Positions 32,040 to 42,559 of a DNA stretch of 64,000 nucleotides are shown here, piece by piece. The position numbers and the translations under genes are program-made. The notes below the pieces were generated by a model that did no database searches, had not been told where the DNA came from, and worked only from the letters and a program-made list of their open reading frames with translations. Source of the stretch: Bacteroidales bacterium (lineage in GTDB: Bacteria > Bacteroidota > Bacteroidia > Bacteroidales > M50B96); contig JAGYLP010000008.1 of assembly GCA_018401015.1 (NCBI GenBank), positions 33,944 to 97,943 of the forward strand, in the 5' to 3' direction. Position 1 is the first letter of the stretch. Each line of letters starts with the position of its first letter.

Positions 32040-33131
32040 TTAAAAATAAAAAACCGGATTCACCCCAGCCTGGGACAAATCGACCGCAATATTAGGAAAT
32101 TTTTCAATAATTAATTGATAAAAAAGTTCTTGAGTAAACTGTTCGCTTTCGAAATGCCCAAGATCCACCAGGAGGATTTTATTGTCGGCATCGAAAAAGT
32201 CGTGGTATTTAATATCGCCGGTAACAAATACATCGGCACCCGCCGCAATAGCCTCTTTGATTAGGAAACTACCGCTTCCACCGCAATAGGCAACTTTACG
32301 GATTTCCTTACCCAGTAATTGAGAGTGACGAATGCAGGCAGCACCAAACTGATCCTTAAGCAATTGCAAGAAATTTAACTCGCTCATCGGCGAAATGGTT
32401 CCTTGCATTCCGGAGCCAACAAGAGGATTTTCATTCTCGAGTCGATAGAGATCGTAGGCTACCTCTTCGTAGGGATGAGCGGCTTGCATGGCAGCAAGAA
32501 CAGCCCTTTTCCGATGTGTGGGCAATACAGTTTCTATTCTCATTTCGGGTTCAAGATGAAATTCACCTGGATTTCCAACGTACGGATTCGCATCGTTACC
32601 CGCCCGAAAGCTCCCTTGCCCATCGGCTGAAAAGCTACAGCTATCGTATTTGCCAATAGTACCGGCTCCAGCTTCGAAGAGGGCTTGCTTAAGGGAATCG
32701 GCATGTGAATGAGGCACAAAAACCACCAATTTCAACAAATCGTCTGGTCGAGGCGAAAGGATCTGGAGCTGATCCAAACCCAGCTTCTGGCCAATTCGAT
32801 GGTTAACTCCTTTTAGCACATTATCCAGGTTAGTATGCGCGGCATAAATGGCAATTCCATGTCGAATAGCTTTCATCACGATGCGCTCAACATAATTAGA
32901 ACCGGTCAACTTCTTTAACCCTTTGAAAATGATAGGATGATGCGCCAGAATCAGATTGCGTTTCTTCTGTATTGCTTCTTCCACAACCGCTTCGGTAACA
33001 TCTAAGGAAATCAGGACTCCCGTTAGGGTTTCGTTTCGGTTTCCGATAATAAGGCCTGCATTATCGTACGATTCCTGATAGTTGAGTGGTGCGAGTTGTT
33101 CTAATTCCCGGATAAGTTCATTGATTGTCAT
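32040..33131 (-). CDS. Nif3-like dinuclear metal-centre protein
   Basis: 363 aa. Motifs LILAHHP, AIYAAHTNLD and the C-terminal GDIKYHDF...GHFESE are present. Confidence 0.88.
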   Translation of the reverse strand: MTINELIRELEQLAPLNYQESYDNAGLIIGNRNETLTGVLISLDVTEAVVEEAIQKKRNLILAHHPIIFKGLKKLTGSNYVERIVMKAIRHGIAIYAAHTNLDNVLKGVNHRIGQKLGLDQLQILSPRPDDLLKLVVFVPHSHADSLKQALFEAGAGTIGKYDSCSFSADGQGSFRAGNDANPYVGNPGEFHLEPEMRIETVLPTHRKRAVLAAMQAAHPYEEVAYDLYRLENENPLVGSGMQGTISPMSELNFLQLLKDQFGAACIRHSQLLGKEIRKVAYCGGSGSFLIKEAIAAGADVFVTGDIKYHDFFDADNKILLVDLGHFESEQFTQELFYQLIIEKFPNIAVDLSQAGVNPVFYF

Positions 33132-33204
33132 AGCTTGGACTGGTTTAATTTAACGGATTGGTACTACTAGCCAGGCAACTGTTCGGAAGAGTCTAATGAA
33201 AAAA

Positions 33205-34635
33205 TCATTTTAGCTTTACCGGCTTCAAACCCAGCTTATCGCCGAGTATCAGCATATAAGCGTAGGCTTCGTCGAAATCGTTTCGGATTTCTCCCTCCAA
33301 AATAGCTTCTTTAATAGCATCTTTTATTTGCCCAACCTCTCTTGAGGGCTGAATCTGAAAAGTTTCCATGATAAGTTCACCAGACACCGGAGGTTGAAAG
33401 TTTCGAACAGCATCTTTTTCCTCAATTTCCTTCAGTTTCTTTCGAACAAGCTTAAAGTTATTGAGGTATCGTTGTTTTTTCGATTCATTTTTCGAAGTGA
33501 TATCCGCCTCGGCTAAGGTCATGAGTGAATCGATATCATCGCCGGCATCGAAGAGAAGCCTGCGCACGGCAGAATCGGTTACAAAATCTTCCGAAAGGAT
33601 AATGGGACGCAGGTGGAGCAAGACCATTTTTTGTACGAACTTCATCTTTTCATTTAAAGGTAATCGAAGTCGTTTAAAAATACGGGGGACCATTTTGGCT
33701 CCGAGAAATTCATGTCCATGAAAAGTCCAGCCCTGGTTGGGATAGTATTTTTTGGTGGGAGGTTTTGCAATGTCGTGCAATAGAGCCGACCAACGCAACC
33801 ATAAATCGTCGGAGTTGACTGCCAAGCGGTCGAGTACTTCCAGCGTATGGTAAAAGTTATCCTTATGCCCTCGTCCATCGACAAAATCGACTCCTTTCAA
33901 GGCTTGCACTTCCGGGAAGAATTGAGGCAGAAGGGCACTTTCCTCAAAGAGTTTCCAACCCACCGATGGGCGTGGACTCATCATAATTTTATGCAATTCG
34001 TCGCTAATCCGTTCCTGACTGATAATCGATAGGCGCTCAGCATGTTCCTTGATTGCCGCAAAGGTGTTCTCTTCGATGCGGAAACCAAGCTGGGTGGCAA
34101 ATCGGATGGCACGAATCATTCGGAGCGGATCGTCGGAAAAGGTAATACCTGGTTCCAGGGGTGTTCGGATAATTTTTTGAGCCAAATCGTTCAATCCTCC
34201 GAACGGATCGATTAATTCACCATAACTCGCTTTTCGTAAATCGAGCGCCAGTGCATTGATGGTAAAATCCCGACGATTCTGATCTTCCTGTAAGGTTCCA
34301 TCTTCCACGATGGGTTTACGTGAGTGTCGCTGGTAGCTCTCTTTGCGAGCTCCTACTAATTCTATTTCCCAATCGCGGAAGTGAAGCGAAGCCGTTCCAA
34401 AATTTTTGTAAACGGCCAATTTGCATTCTTTACCCAAACGGGCGGCCAACTCTTCAGCCAACTGGATCCCACTTCCTACTACCACCAAATCGATATCTTT
34501 CGACGAACGATTTAAAAGCAAATCACGAACAAATCCACCTACCACATAAGCTTCGCGACCATCTTTCTCAATGATTTCCGAAACATGTTGAAAAACGGGA
34601 TGTGTTAAACTACTTTGATAATTAGTCAAAATCAT
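33205..34635 (-). CDS. CCA-adding enzyme / poly(A) polymerase family tRNA nucleotidyltransferase with HD domain
   Basis: The track ORF is 33205..34698. Met22 (ATG at 34635) is the preferred start. Motifs GGFVRDLLL...[16 protein letters not shown] and an HD region (LLHDIAKP) are present. Confidence 0.85.
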   Translation of the reverse strand: MILTNYQSSLTHPVFQHVSEIIEKDGREAYVVGGFVRDLLLNRSSKDIDLVVVGSGIQLAEELAARLGKECKLAVYKNFGTASLHFRDWEIELVGARKESYQRHSRKPIVEDGTLQEDQNRRDFTINALALDLRKASYGELIDPFGGLNDLAQKIIRTPLEPGITFSDDPLRMIRAIRFATQLGFRIEENTFAAIKEHAERLSIISQERISDELHKIMMSPRPSVGWKLFEESALLPQFFPEVQALKGVDFVDGRGHKDNFYHTLEVLDRLAVNSDDLWLRWSALLHDIAKPPTKKYYPNQGWTFHGHEFLGAKMVPRIFKRLRLPLNEKMKFVQKMVLLHLRPIILSEDFVTDSAVRRLLFDAGDDIDSLMTLAEADITSKNESKKQRYLNNFKLVRKKLKEIEEKDAVRNFQPPVSGELIMETFQIQPSREVGQIKDAIKEAILEGEIRNDFDEAYAYMLILGDKLGLKPVKLK

Positions 34636-34879
34636 ATTAATTAGCCCGTTCTTAGTAGATTTGAATTCTTGTTTCTTTTGAGTATGACCTTTTGTCAACC
34701 CCTACTTGCATTTTCCCTGACATTTCTTGAATTAAGGCTGCCAAAATTACAATTATTTCATTCCGAAGGAGGAAATTGAATGGAAAATCCTCCCTGGTAC
34801 TATTATTGAAAATTAACATATATACATATTTAAATATGTCGTTGACATATTATTTTTGAACCAAAATTTATTAAACAAA

Positions 34880-35251
34880 ATGGCATTAGAACACTTAACT
34901 AAATCGAGTTTTCAGGAAAAAGTTTTCAATTGGGAAAAAAATAAGGATTGGACATACGAGGGTAGTGTACCTTGTATGATTGATTTTTATGCAGATTGGT
35001 GTAGTCCCTGTAAAATGGTAGCTCCAATTTTGGAAGAGCTTCAGCAGGAATACGGCGATAAATTAGTCATTTATAAGGTAGATACCGAAGCTGAGCGTGA
35101 GTTAGCCGGCATTTTCGGAATTCAGAGTATTCCATCCTTGTTATTTGTTCCAATGGATGGTCAACCACAAATGGCCATGGGTGCATTACCCAAGGAAACG
35201 TTTAAAAAAGCCATTGCCGACGTACTTAAAGTAGAGGCTCCTGTAGTCTAA
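34880..35251 (+). CDS. thioredoxin (CSPC active site), no signal peptide
   Basis: The track ORF starts at a TTG at 34856. ATG 34880 (MALEHL...) is the likelier start. Motif DFYADWCSPCKMVAP. Confidence 0.85.
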   Translation: MALEHLTKSSFQEKVFNWEKNKDWTYEGSVPCMIDFYADWCSPCKMVAPILEELQQEYGDKLVIYKVDTEAERELAGIFGIQSIPSLLFVPMDGQPQMAMGALPKETFKKAIADVLKVEAPVV

Positions 35252-35366
35252 GCTTGATACCTCAGCAATAAAACAGAATACAATCCAAGGTACTTCGGTA
35301 AACTGGCTGCTTTAGCGTAGTCAGTATACCGAATCCAAGGAAACAAACCATTAATGAATTATCACC

Positions 35367-35906
35367 ATGAACGTATTAGCCAGAACTTTCAGCATGATTG
35401 GTCTCTTAGGATTAAGCTTTGGACTGCATGCTTGTCAATCGAATGAAAATCCTGAAGCAACGGGAGAAAAAACGACTCAAATAACGGAACCGGTTACCAG
35501 TGCCGTAAGCAATGAACCGACTAAGAGTTCGCAAACAGCCGGTCAAAAAATCATTAAAGTGACCACCGCTGAGTTCAAGGCGCAAATTTTCGATTACGAG
35601 AATGAAACCGAATGGAAATACAAAGGGGAGCTACCCGCCATTATCGATTTCTACGCCGATTGGTGTGCTCCTTGTAAAATGATTGCTCCCACTCTGGAAG
35701 AACTTCAAAAAGAATACAAAGGACAGATCCAGATTTATAAGGTTGATGTAGATAAGGAACAAGAATTGGCTCAGGTTTTTCAAACTCAATCCATTCCCTC
35801 CATTTTATTCATTCCTAAAACGGGTCAACCGCAAATGGCGAAAGGAGCCTTACCGAAAGAAACTTTTGTACAGGCCATTGCCGATGTTCTCAAAGTGACT
35901 CAATAG
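35367..35906 (+). CDS. thioredoxin-domain lipoprotein (CAPC active site)
   Basis: 179 aa with a lipobox (GLHA-C-QSNE), a ~45-aa Thr/Ser-rich linker and then DFYADWCAPCKMIAP. The domain is a close paralogue of the upstream gene. Confidence 0.85.
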   Translation: MNVLARTFSMIGLLGLSFGLHACQSNENPEATGEKTTQITEPVTSAVSNEPTKSSQTAGQKIIKVTTAEFKAQIFDYENETEWKYKGELPAIIDFYADWCAPCKMIAPTLEELQKEYKGQIQIYKVDVDKEQELAQVFQTQSIPSILFIPKTGQPQMAKGALPKETFVQAIADVLKVTQ

Positions 35907-35923
35907 TTTCTTCCACTAACTAT

Positions 35924-35959
35924 AAAAAAAGAGCCGCAAAACTGCGGCTCTTTTTTTTT
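35924..35959. terminator. bidirectional rho-independent terminator
   Basis: A7 - gagccgca aaac tgcggctc - T9, located between the thioredoxin gene (+) and typA (-). Confidence 0.8.
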
Positions 35960-37763
35960 ATGCTTTCGACTTGGCTCGTTTGCGATCGTTCTCGTTCAAT
36001 AGAATCTTCCTGAGTCGAAGTGACTTGGGAGTCACTTCCACGTATTCATCCTCGCCAATATATTCCATGCATTGCTCCAGGCTAAACTTTATGGCAGGAG
36101 CAATACTCACTTTATCGTCGGTTCCTGAGGCTCGGACGTTGGTTAATTTTTTCGATTTGGTCACATTAACAACCATATCGTCCTGACGATTATTCTCACC
36201 AATTACCTGACCCACATACACATCTTCGTTCGGGTCGATAAAGAATTTGCCACGATCCTGCAATTTATCGATGGAATAAGCGAAAGCATTTCCAGCTTCC
36301 ATAGCTATGAGCGCTCCATTTCTGCGTAAGGTAATATCTCCTTTCCAGGGTTCGTAAGCCTTAAATCGATGCGAAATAATCGCTTCACCTTCGGTGGCCG
36401 TAAGAATTGGATTGGTTAAACCTATCATTCCACGAGCCGGAATAGAGAATTCCAGGTGAATTCGATCGCTTTTTGATTCAATGTGTAAAATATCGCCTTT
36501 ACGTCGGGTTACTAAATCGATTACCTTCGAGCTGAATTCTTCCGGCACATGCACGGTAAGCATTTCAACCGGCTCCATTAGAACCCCATTCACTTCCTTG
36601 GTGATAACTTTCGGCTGTCCTAATTGAAATTCAAAGCCTTCGCGACGCATGGTTTCGACCAAAATGGAAAGGTGCAGAATACCTCGGCCGAAAACGAGAA
36701 ATTTATCGGCTGTAGCCGTTTCCTGAACCCTTAGAGCAAGATTTTTCTCGGTTTCTTTAAATAAACGTTCGCGGATATGACGTGAGGTAACAAATTCGCC
36801 TTCTTTCCCGAAGAAGGGTGAATCATTAATTGTAAAAAGCATGCTCATGGTAGGCTCATCAATGGAGATTCTCGGCAGAGCTTCCGGATGTTCTAAATCG
36901 GTGATGGTATCGCCGATATCAAAATCTTCAATACCAAAAACAGCACATATTTCACCTGCAGGAATTTCTACCTTAACACGCTCTTTGCCAAGACCTTCGA
37001 AAAGATACAATTCCTTAACGACTGTTTTTTCAATCCGACCATCATTTCGAATTACTCCAATACTTTGTCCTGCCTTGAGACTGCCTCGATGGATCCGTCC
37101 AACAGCAATCCGGCCCACATACGTAGAAAAGTCGATCGAGCTAATCTGCATTTGCAAAGGACCTTCGGGAGCATCGTAAGGCTGCACCTGGTCAAGGATA
37201 ACATCGAGCAAATAGCTCACATCCTGTGTGGCAGTCTTGTAATCGGGCCCCATCCAACCCTCTTTCGACGAGCCATAAACGGTGGGGAAATCCAACTGCT
37301 CTTCGGTCGCATCGAGATTAAACATCAATTCAAAAACCATTTCGTGCACCTCGTCGGGACGACAATTTGGTTTATCCACTTTATTGATCACCACGATTGG
37401 TTTTAGTCCAAGCTGTAAGGCTTTTTGCAAAACAAATCGGGTTTGTGGCATTGGTCCTTCGAAGGCATCGACTAAGAGCAAAACTGCGTCGGCCATATTA
37501 AGCACCCGCTCCACTTCACCACCAAAATCGGAGTGACCCGGAGTATCGATAATATTTATTTTGGTGTCTTTATATCGAACCGAAACGTTTTTAGACAGGA
37601 TAGTGATTCCCCGTTCCCGTTCCAAATCATTGGAGTCCAGTATTAGATCGTCGACTTGTTGGTTATCCCGAAACAACTTAACCTGATGTAAAATCCGATC
37701 GACGAGGGTAGTTTTACCATGGTCCACGTGGGCAATGATGGCAATGTTTCTTACTTGTGTCAT
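35958..37763 (-). CDS. typA: translational GTPase TypA/BipA
   Basis: 601 aa. NIAIIAHVDHGKTTLVD, DTPGHSDFGGEV and NKVD motifs, with an EF-G-like domain order. Confidence 0.93.
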   Translation of the reverse strand: MTQVRNIAIIAHVDHGKTTLVDRILHQVKLFRDNQQVDDLILDSNDLERERGITILSKNVSVRYKDTKINIIDTPGHSDFGGEVERVLNMADAVLLLVDAFEGPMPQTRFVLQKALQLGLKPIVVINKVDKPNCRPDEVHEMVFELMFNLDATEEQLDFPTVYGSSKEGWMGPDYKTATQDVSYLLDVILDQVQPYDAPEGPLQMQISSIDFSTYVGRIAVGRIHRGSLKAGQSIGVIRNDGRIEKTVVKELYLFEGLGKERVKVEIPAGEICAVFGIEDFDIGDTITDLEHPEALPRISIDEPTMSMLFTINDSPFFGKEGEFVTSRHIRERLFKETEKNLALRVQETATADKFLVFGRGILHLSILVETMRREGFEFQLGQPKVITKEVNGVLMEPVEMLTVHVPEEFSSKVIDLVTRRKGDILHIESKSDRIHLEFSIPARGMIGLTNPILTATEGEAIISHRFKAYEPWKGDITLRRNGALIAMEAGNAFAYSIDKLQDRGKFFIDPNEDVYVGQVIGENNRQDDMVVNVTKSKKLTNVRASGTDDKVSIAPAIKFSLEQCMEYIGEDEYVEVTPKSLRLRKILLNENDRKRAKSKA

Positions 37764-37919
37764 GTAATAGTTTAATAAAGTATAGCTTGCGGAGGGTAAA
37801 TACCAGAGTTAAGTGAATTTACCAATCCAAAATTGGTCGGCAAATGTAGTATTTTCAATCAAGCTTTCTATATCGCATTTAAGCCACTATCTTTGTAAGA
37901 AATTAACAAATCATTAAGC

Positions 37920-38903
37920 TTGAAAACAGCGGTAATCGAGGACTTTTTAGCCAGGCTAAAGGGAACCAAAATCATGGTAATTGGCGATGTGATGGTCGAT
38001 TCTTACTTAATTGGAAAGGTAGAACGCATATCGCCCGAGGCTCCTATTCCTATCGTTGGGATTCAGTCGAAAGAGTCACGATTGGGAGGGGCCGCCAATG
38101 TTGCGTTGAACCTTCAGTCGCTGGGGGCAAGTCCCCTTGTTTGCTCCGTAATTGGAGATGATCAACCTGGGAAAGCATTCAGGGAAATGCTTCGCGAGGC
38201 AGGCATTCGAGATGAATTTCTCTTGGAATCGAGCCACCGAACCACCAGTGTCAAAACACGTGTTATAAGCAACAAACAACAATTACTTCGATTCGATGAG
38301 GAAGTAACTCACACGTTAAACGAAAAAATTGAACAAAGCTTTCTGGAACTGCTTCATCGAGCTATCAGCGAAGAGCAACCAGCCGCCATCATTTTTCAAG
38401 ATTACGACAAAGGGGTAAATACTCCGGTTGTAATTGAAGAAGTGATTCAGTGGGCTCATCAGTATAACATACCCGTACTGGTCGATCCCAAAAAGAAGAA
38501 CTTCCTTCGTTATCGCGAGGTTAAGCTCTTCAAACCGAATTTAAAAGAACTGAAAGAAGGGCTTAAACTCGATTTTTGGAACGAAGATTTAACCTCGCTT
38601 CATCAGATTTCGAAACGGTTTATGGCCGATCAGCAAATTGAAATCATGGTGGTTACTTTGTCGGAGAAAGGGATATTTGCCTGCACCAAGGATAATTATG
38701 TTCATTTCCCTGCCCATCCCATTCGTATCGCCGATGTATCGGGAGCCGGCGACACGGTTATTTCCCTGTTGGCCTTGGCCTTGAGTCAGGAGTTTAGCCT
38801 GGCCAACGCAGCCGAGTTAGCCAATTTAGGTGGATCGCTGGTTTGCACGCAGGCAGGAGTAGTTCCCATATTACCATCCGACCTGCTGCAAAGCAGCCAC
38901 TAA
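37920..38903 (+). CDS. PfkB-family sugar kinase, RfaE/HldE domain-I-like (D-glycero-beta-D-manno-heptose-7-phosphate kinase-like)
   Basis: 327 aa with a TTG start. Motifs VIGDVMVDSY...ISPEAPIP...RLGGAANVA and the C-terminal DVSGAGDT are present. Confidence 0.75.
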   Translation: MKTAVIEDFLARLKGTKIMVIGDVMVDSYLIGKVERISPEAPIPIVGIQSKESRLGGAANVALNLQSLGASPLVCSVIGDDQPGKAFREMLREAGIRDEFLLESSHRTTSVKTRVISNKQQLLRFDEEVTHTLNEKIEQSFLELLHRAISEEQPAAIIFQDYDKGVNTPVVIEEVIQWAHQYNIPVLVDPKKKNFLRYREVKLFKPNLKELKEGLKLDFWNEDLTSLHQISKRFMADQQIEIMVVTLSEKGIFACTKDNYVHFPAHPIRIADVSGAGDTVISLLALALSQEFSLANAAELANLGGSLVCTQAGVVPILPSDLLQSSH

Positions 38904-39009
38904 ATAGAGGTCGATGCACTGCATCGCTGAGCTCAAACAACAAGTGCATTCATTACCTTTGTCGTGATTATTCACACCCAATAAATTCTTAAACTTAAAC
39001 TTATCTTCT

Positions 39010-40707
39010 ATGCAACTAATTGAATGTGTTCCGAATTTTTCCGAAGGAAATGATATGCGTATCATTCAGCAAATTACCGCCGAAATTAGCAGTACCGAGG
39101 GAGTTAGTCTAATCGATGTCGATCCAGGAAAAGCAACGAACCGCACGGTGGTTACCATGGTTGGCAATCCTGAGCAGGTAATCGAAGCCGCTTTTAAGGC
39201 TATTAAAAAAGCTAAGGAACTCATTGATATGCGTCACCATAAAGGAGAACATCCTCGGTTCGGAGCCACCGATGTTTGTCCGCTTATTCCCATTTCCGGC
39301 ATCAGCATGGAAGAAACCGCTGCCTATGCGCATCGTTTAGCAGAGCGAGTTGGGCGTGAATTGAATATTCCGGTATATGCCTATGAGTCGGCAGCCAAAC
39401 AAGCGGTTCGGAAAAACCTGGCAAACTGCCGCGCCGGTGAATACGAAGCGCTCCCGAATCGCATAACGAGCACCGAATGGAAACCCGATTATGGTCCGTC
39501 GAGCTGGAACGAAGAAGTAGCCAAATCGGGTGCAACAGCTATTGGAGCCAGAAATTTCTTAATTGCCTACAATGTAAACCTGAATACTACCTCCACTCGT
39601 AGAGCGAATGCCATTGCTTTCGATGTACGTGAGCGAGGTCGTGTCAAGCGCGAAGGCGATCCTGTTACGGGAAAGATTGTATTGGATGAGAAAGGGAACA
39701 AGGTGTGGGAGCCCGGTATGTTAAAATCGGTGAAGGCAATTGGATGGTTTATAGAAGAATACGGCGTTGCTCAAATTTCGATGAACCTCACCGACATTGG
39801 CGTAACCAGCATGCATCAGGCCTATGAAGCTGTTTATGAGCGAGCCAATGCACGCGGCTTACGCGTAACCGGCTCCGAGCTGGTTGGCGTAGTACCCTTG
39901 CAAGCCATGCTCGATGCGGGTAAATACTTCCTTCGCAAACAAGAGCGGTCGCTCGGAATTTCGGACGAAGAGATTATCAAAATCGCGGTTAAGTCGCTTG
40001 GATTAGATGAATTGGGACCATTCGACCCACAAAAGAAAATCATCGAATACATCATGGCAGAGAAGGAAGGTGGGAAGAAACTCATCGATCTGAATCTGAA
40101 GGCATTCGTGCATGAAACAGCCTCCGAATCGCCAGCTCCGGGGGGAGGATCCATTTCAGCTTATATGGGAGCCATGGGCGCTGCCCTAGGAACCATGGTT
40201 GCTAATTTATCCTCGCATAAACGTGGTTGGGATCAGCGCTGGGAGGAGTTTAGCCAATGGGCCGAAAAAGGCAAGTATTTCCACGACGAATTACTGCGCA
40301 TGGTCGATGCCGACACACAAGCCTTTAATCAAATTATGGAGGCATTTGGCATGTCTAAATCGAACGAAGCGGAAGCTTCCTTGCGCAAAGAAGCCATTCA
40401 AGCAGCCACAAAAAATGCCATTGAAATCCCTTTCCGCGTAATGGAACTAGCCTTAGGATCGATGGAAGTAATGCACGCCATGGCTGAACACGGAAACCCC
40501 AATTCCGTCTCGGATGCTGGAGTAGGAGCACTCGCTGCCCGTTCGGCTGTAATAGGAGCTTTCCTGAATGTTCAAATTAATTCTGGCGACCTGGAGGATA
40601 AAACCTATGTAAAAGAGGTGATGGGAAAAGGTGCTGAAATGGTAGAAAAAGCTCAACATCTGGAAACAGTAATTTTGGGCATTGTTCAACAAAAAATGAA
40701 GGCGTAA
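39010..40707 (+). CDS. ftcD: bifunctional glutamate formimidoyltransferase / formimidoyltetrahydrofolate cyclodeaminase
   Basis: 565 aa. ECVPNFSEG at the N-terminus and a C-terminal cyclodeaminase helical domain (SESPAPGGGSISAYMGAMGAAL). Confidence 0.88.
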   Translation: MQLIECVPNFSEGNDMRIIQQITAEISSTEGVSLIDVDPGKATNRTVVTMVGNPEQVIEAAFKAIKKAKELIDMRHHKGEHPRFGATDVCPLIPISGISMEETAAYAHRLAERVGRELNIPVYAYESAAKQAVRKNLANCRAGEYEALPNRITSTEWKPDYGPSSWNEEVAKSGATAIGARNFLIAYNVNLNTTSTRRANAIAFDVRERGRVKREGDPVTGKIVLDEKGNKVWEPGMLKSVKAIGWFIEEYGVAQISMNLTDIGVTSMHQAYEAVYERANARGLRVTGSELVGVVPLQAMLDAGKYFLRKQERSLGISDEEIIKIAVKSLGLDELGPFDPQKKIIEYIMAEKEGGKKLIDLNLKAFVHETASESPAPGGGSISAYMGAMGAALGTMVANLSSHKRGWDQRWEEFSQWAEKGKYFHDELLRMVDADTQAFNQIMEAFGMSKSNEAEASLRKEAIQAATKNAIEIPFRVMELALGSMEVMHAMAEHGNPNSVSDAGVGALAARSAVIGAFLNVQINSGDLEDKTYVKEVMGKGAEMVEKAQHLETVILGIVQQKMKA

Positions 40708-40709
40708 GC

Positions 40710-41912
40710 TTGAAAAAGAAAGTAGCGGTAGGATTATCGGGAGGTGTCGATAGCAGCGTAGCAGCTTATCTGCTCAAAGAGCAAGGCTACGAGCTCATTG
40801 GCATTTACATGCAGAACTGGCACGATACCGAAGGTATTTTAGCAGGCGATTGCCCCTCGCACGACGACATTGTTTTTGCCAAACTAGTCGCCAAGAAACT
40901 CGACATTCCTTTTCATTTGGTCGACTTAAGCTCGGAATACAAGCAACGAGTGGTTGATTATATGTTTAGCGAATACGAGGCAGGGCGCACACCTAATCCG
41001 GACGTGCTCTGTAATCGAGAAATCAAATTCGATGTATTCTGGAAAGTAGCCCTCGAATTTGGTGTCGATTATGTTGCTACAGGCCATTATTGCCGAAAGG
41101 ACGAAATCGAAACTCCTTCGGGAACTTATTATCGGCTTTTAGCCGGAAAAGATCCGAACAAAGACCAGAGCTATTTTCTCTGTCAACTTGATCAAGAGCA
41201 GTTAAAAACAGCGCTTTTCCCGATTGGGCATTTGCAAAAATCGGAAGTACGGGCCATTGCAGCTAAGATGGAATTGGCTACTGCCGAGCGAAAGGATAGT
41301 CAAGGAATTTGTTTTATCGGGAAGGTGGATTTGCCCACCTTCCTGCAACAAAAACTGAGCGTTAAGAAAGGTCGTATTGTAGAAATAGCGAAAGACACTT
41401 GGTTTTATGGCAAACGAAAAGATCTTCCCTTCGAAGTGGATCGACCGGGAGAGGATGCCTTGCAAAAAATTTGTCGTCCTTATCATTATCTTCCTAAAGA
41501 TGGGGTAGTTGTGGGCGAGCACCGAGGGGCACACTTTTTCACCATCGGACAGCGAAAAGGCCTGAACGTTGGAGGAAAAGCTGAACCTTTGTTTGTAATT
41601 GCGACCGACACCGAATTGAACGTGGTTTATGTTGGTCAAGGGCACGATCATCCGGGTTTAAACCGACGGGCTCTCAAGATTGAAGCATCGGATGCTCATT
41701 GGGTGCGACCGGATAAACGATTGCACGTTGGAGAGTCGGCAGCATACCAGGTGCGTATCCGATACCGACAAGAACTACAAAATGCCCGGATCCATTGCTT
41801 GGAGGATGGCTTATACCTTCATTTTGAGCAACATCAGAGAGGAATTGCATCCGGTCAGTTTGCTGCATGGTACGAAAATGAAGAATTAATTGGCTCCGGC
41901 GTAATACGCTAA
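40710..41912 (+). CDS. mnmA: tRNA 2-thiouridine(34) synthase
   Basis: 400 aa with a TTG start. PP-loop GLSGGVDSSVAA, plus TGHY and DQSYFL motifs. Confidence 0.92.
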   Translation: MKKKVAVGLSGGVDSSVAAYLLKEQGYELIGIYMQNWHDTEGILAGDCPSHDDIVFAKLVAKKLDIPFHLVDLSSEYKQRVVDYMFSEYEAGRTPNPDVLCNREIKFDVFWKVALEFGVDYVATGHYCRKDEIETPSGTYYRLLAGKDPNKDQSYFLCQLDQEQLKTALFPIGHLQKSEVRAIAAKMELATAERKDSQGICFIGKVDLPTFLQQKLSVKKGRIVEIAKDTWFYGKRKDLPFEVDRPGEDALQKICRPYHYLPKDGVVVGEHRGAHFFTIGQRKGLNVGGKAEPLFVIATDTELNVVYVGQGHDHPGLNRRALKIEASDAHWVRPDKRLHVGESAAYQVRIRYRQELQNARIHCLEDGLYLHFEQHQRGIASGQFAAWYENEELIGSGVIR

Positions 41913-42067
41913 GTCAATTTTTTGTTCGCCAACCGGAAGGAATGAGGCGGGATAATTTAGTACTGAATCTTTCTTTACTTTGTTCACGCCGTAGCAGTTG
42001 AACGACCAATTTGCCAAAAATAACAGGGGTGGCACCCATTTAAAGCATTTAACAAACACCCGAAATC

Positions 42068-42559
42068 ATGAAAAGAGCTGTATTCCCCGGATCGTTCGAT
42101 CCATTTACGATTGGCCATGAATCCATCGTTCTTCGGGGATTGGATTTGTTCGATGAAATTATCATAGCGATTGGTTATAATTCCAATAAACCGGGTTTTT
42201 TTCCCATTGAACAGCGAATTCAATGGATTAAAGATGTGTTTAAGGATTATCCGCGAATTCAGGTCGATGCCTATCAGATGCTAACCATCGATTATTGCCG
42301 GAAGGTAGAGGCTCAGTTTATTCTGCGGGGGTTGCGAACCTCGGCCGATTTTGAATACGAACGAGCAATTGCACAGGTAAACAAAACCTTAGCCCCTCAA
42401 ATTGAATCGGCCTTTCTCTTAACTCTACCTGAGCACAGCATGGTAACAAGCAGCATTGTGCGCGATATTATTCGTCATGGAAGCGATGCTTCGCAATTAT
42501 TACCCAACCGAATGAAGATTAAGCCTGGCGATTACAGCTTCAAGGAATCGAGCCGCTGA
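42068..42559 (+). CDS. coaD: pantetheine-phosphate adenylyltransferase
   Basis: 163 aa with FPGSFDPFTIGHESIV. Confidence 0.92.
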   Translation: MKRAVFPGSFDPFTIGHESIVLRGLDLFDEIIIAIGYNSNKPGFFPIEQRIQWIKDVFKDYPRIQVDAYQMLTIDYCRKVEAQFILRGLRTSADFEYERAIAQVNKTLAPQIESAFLLTLPEHSMVTSSIVRDIIRHGSDASQLLPNRMKIKPGDYSFKESSR

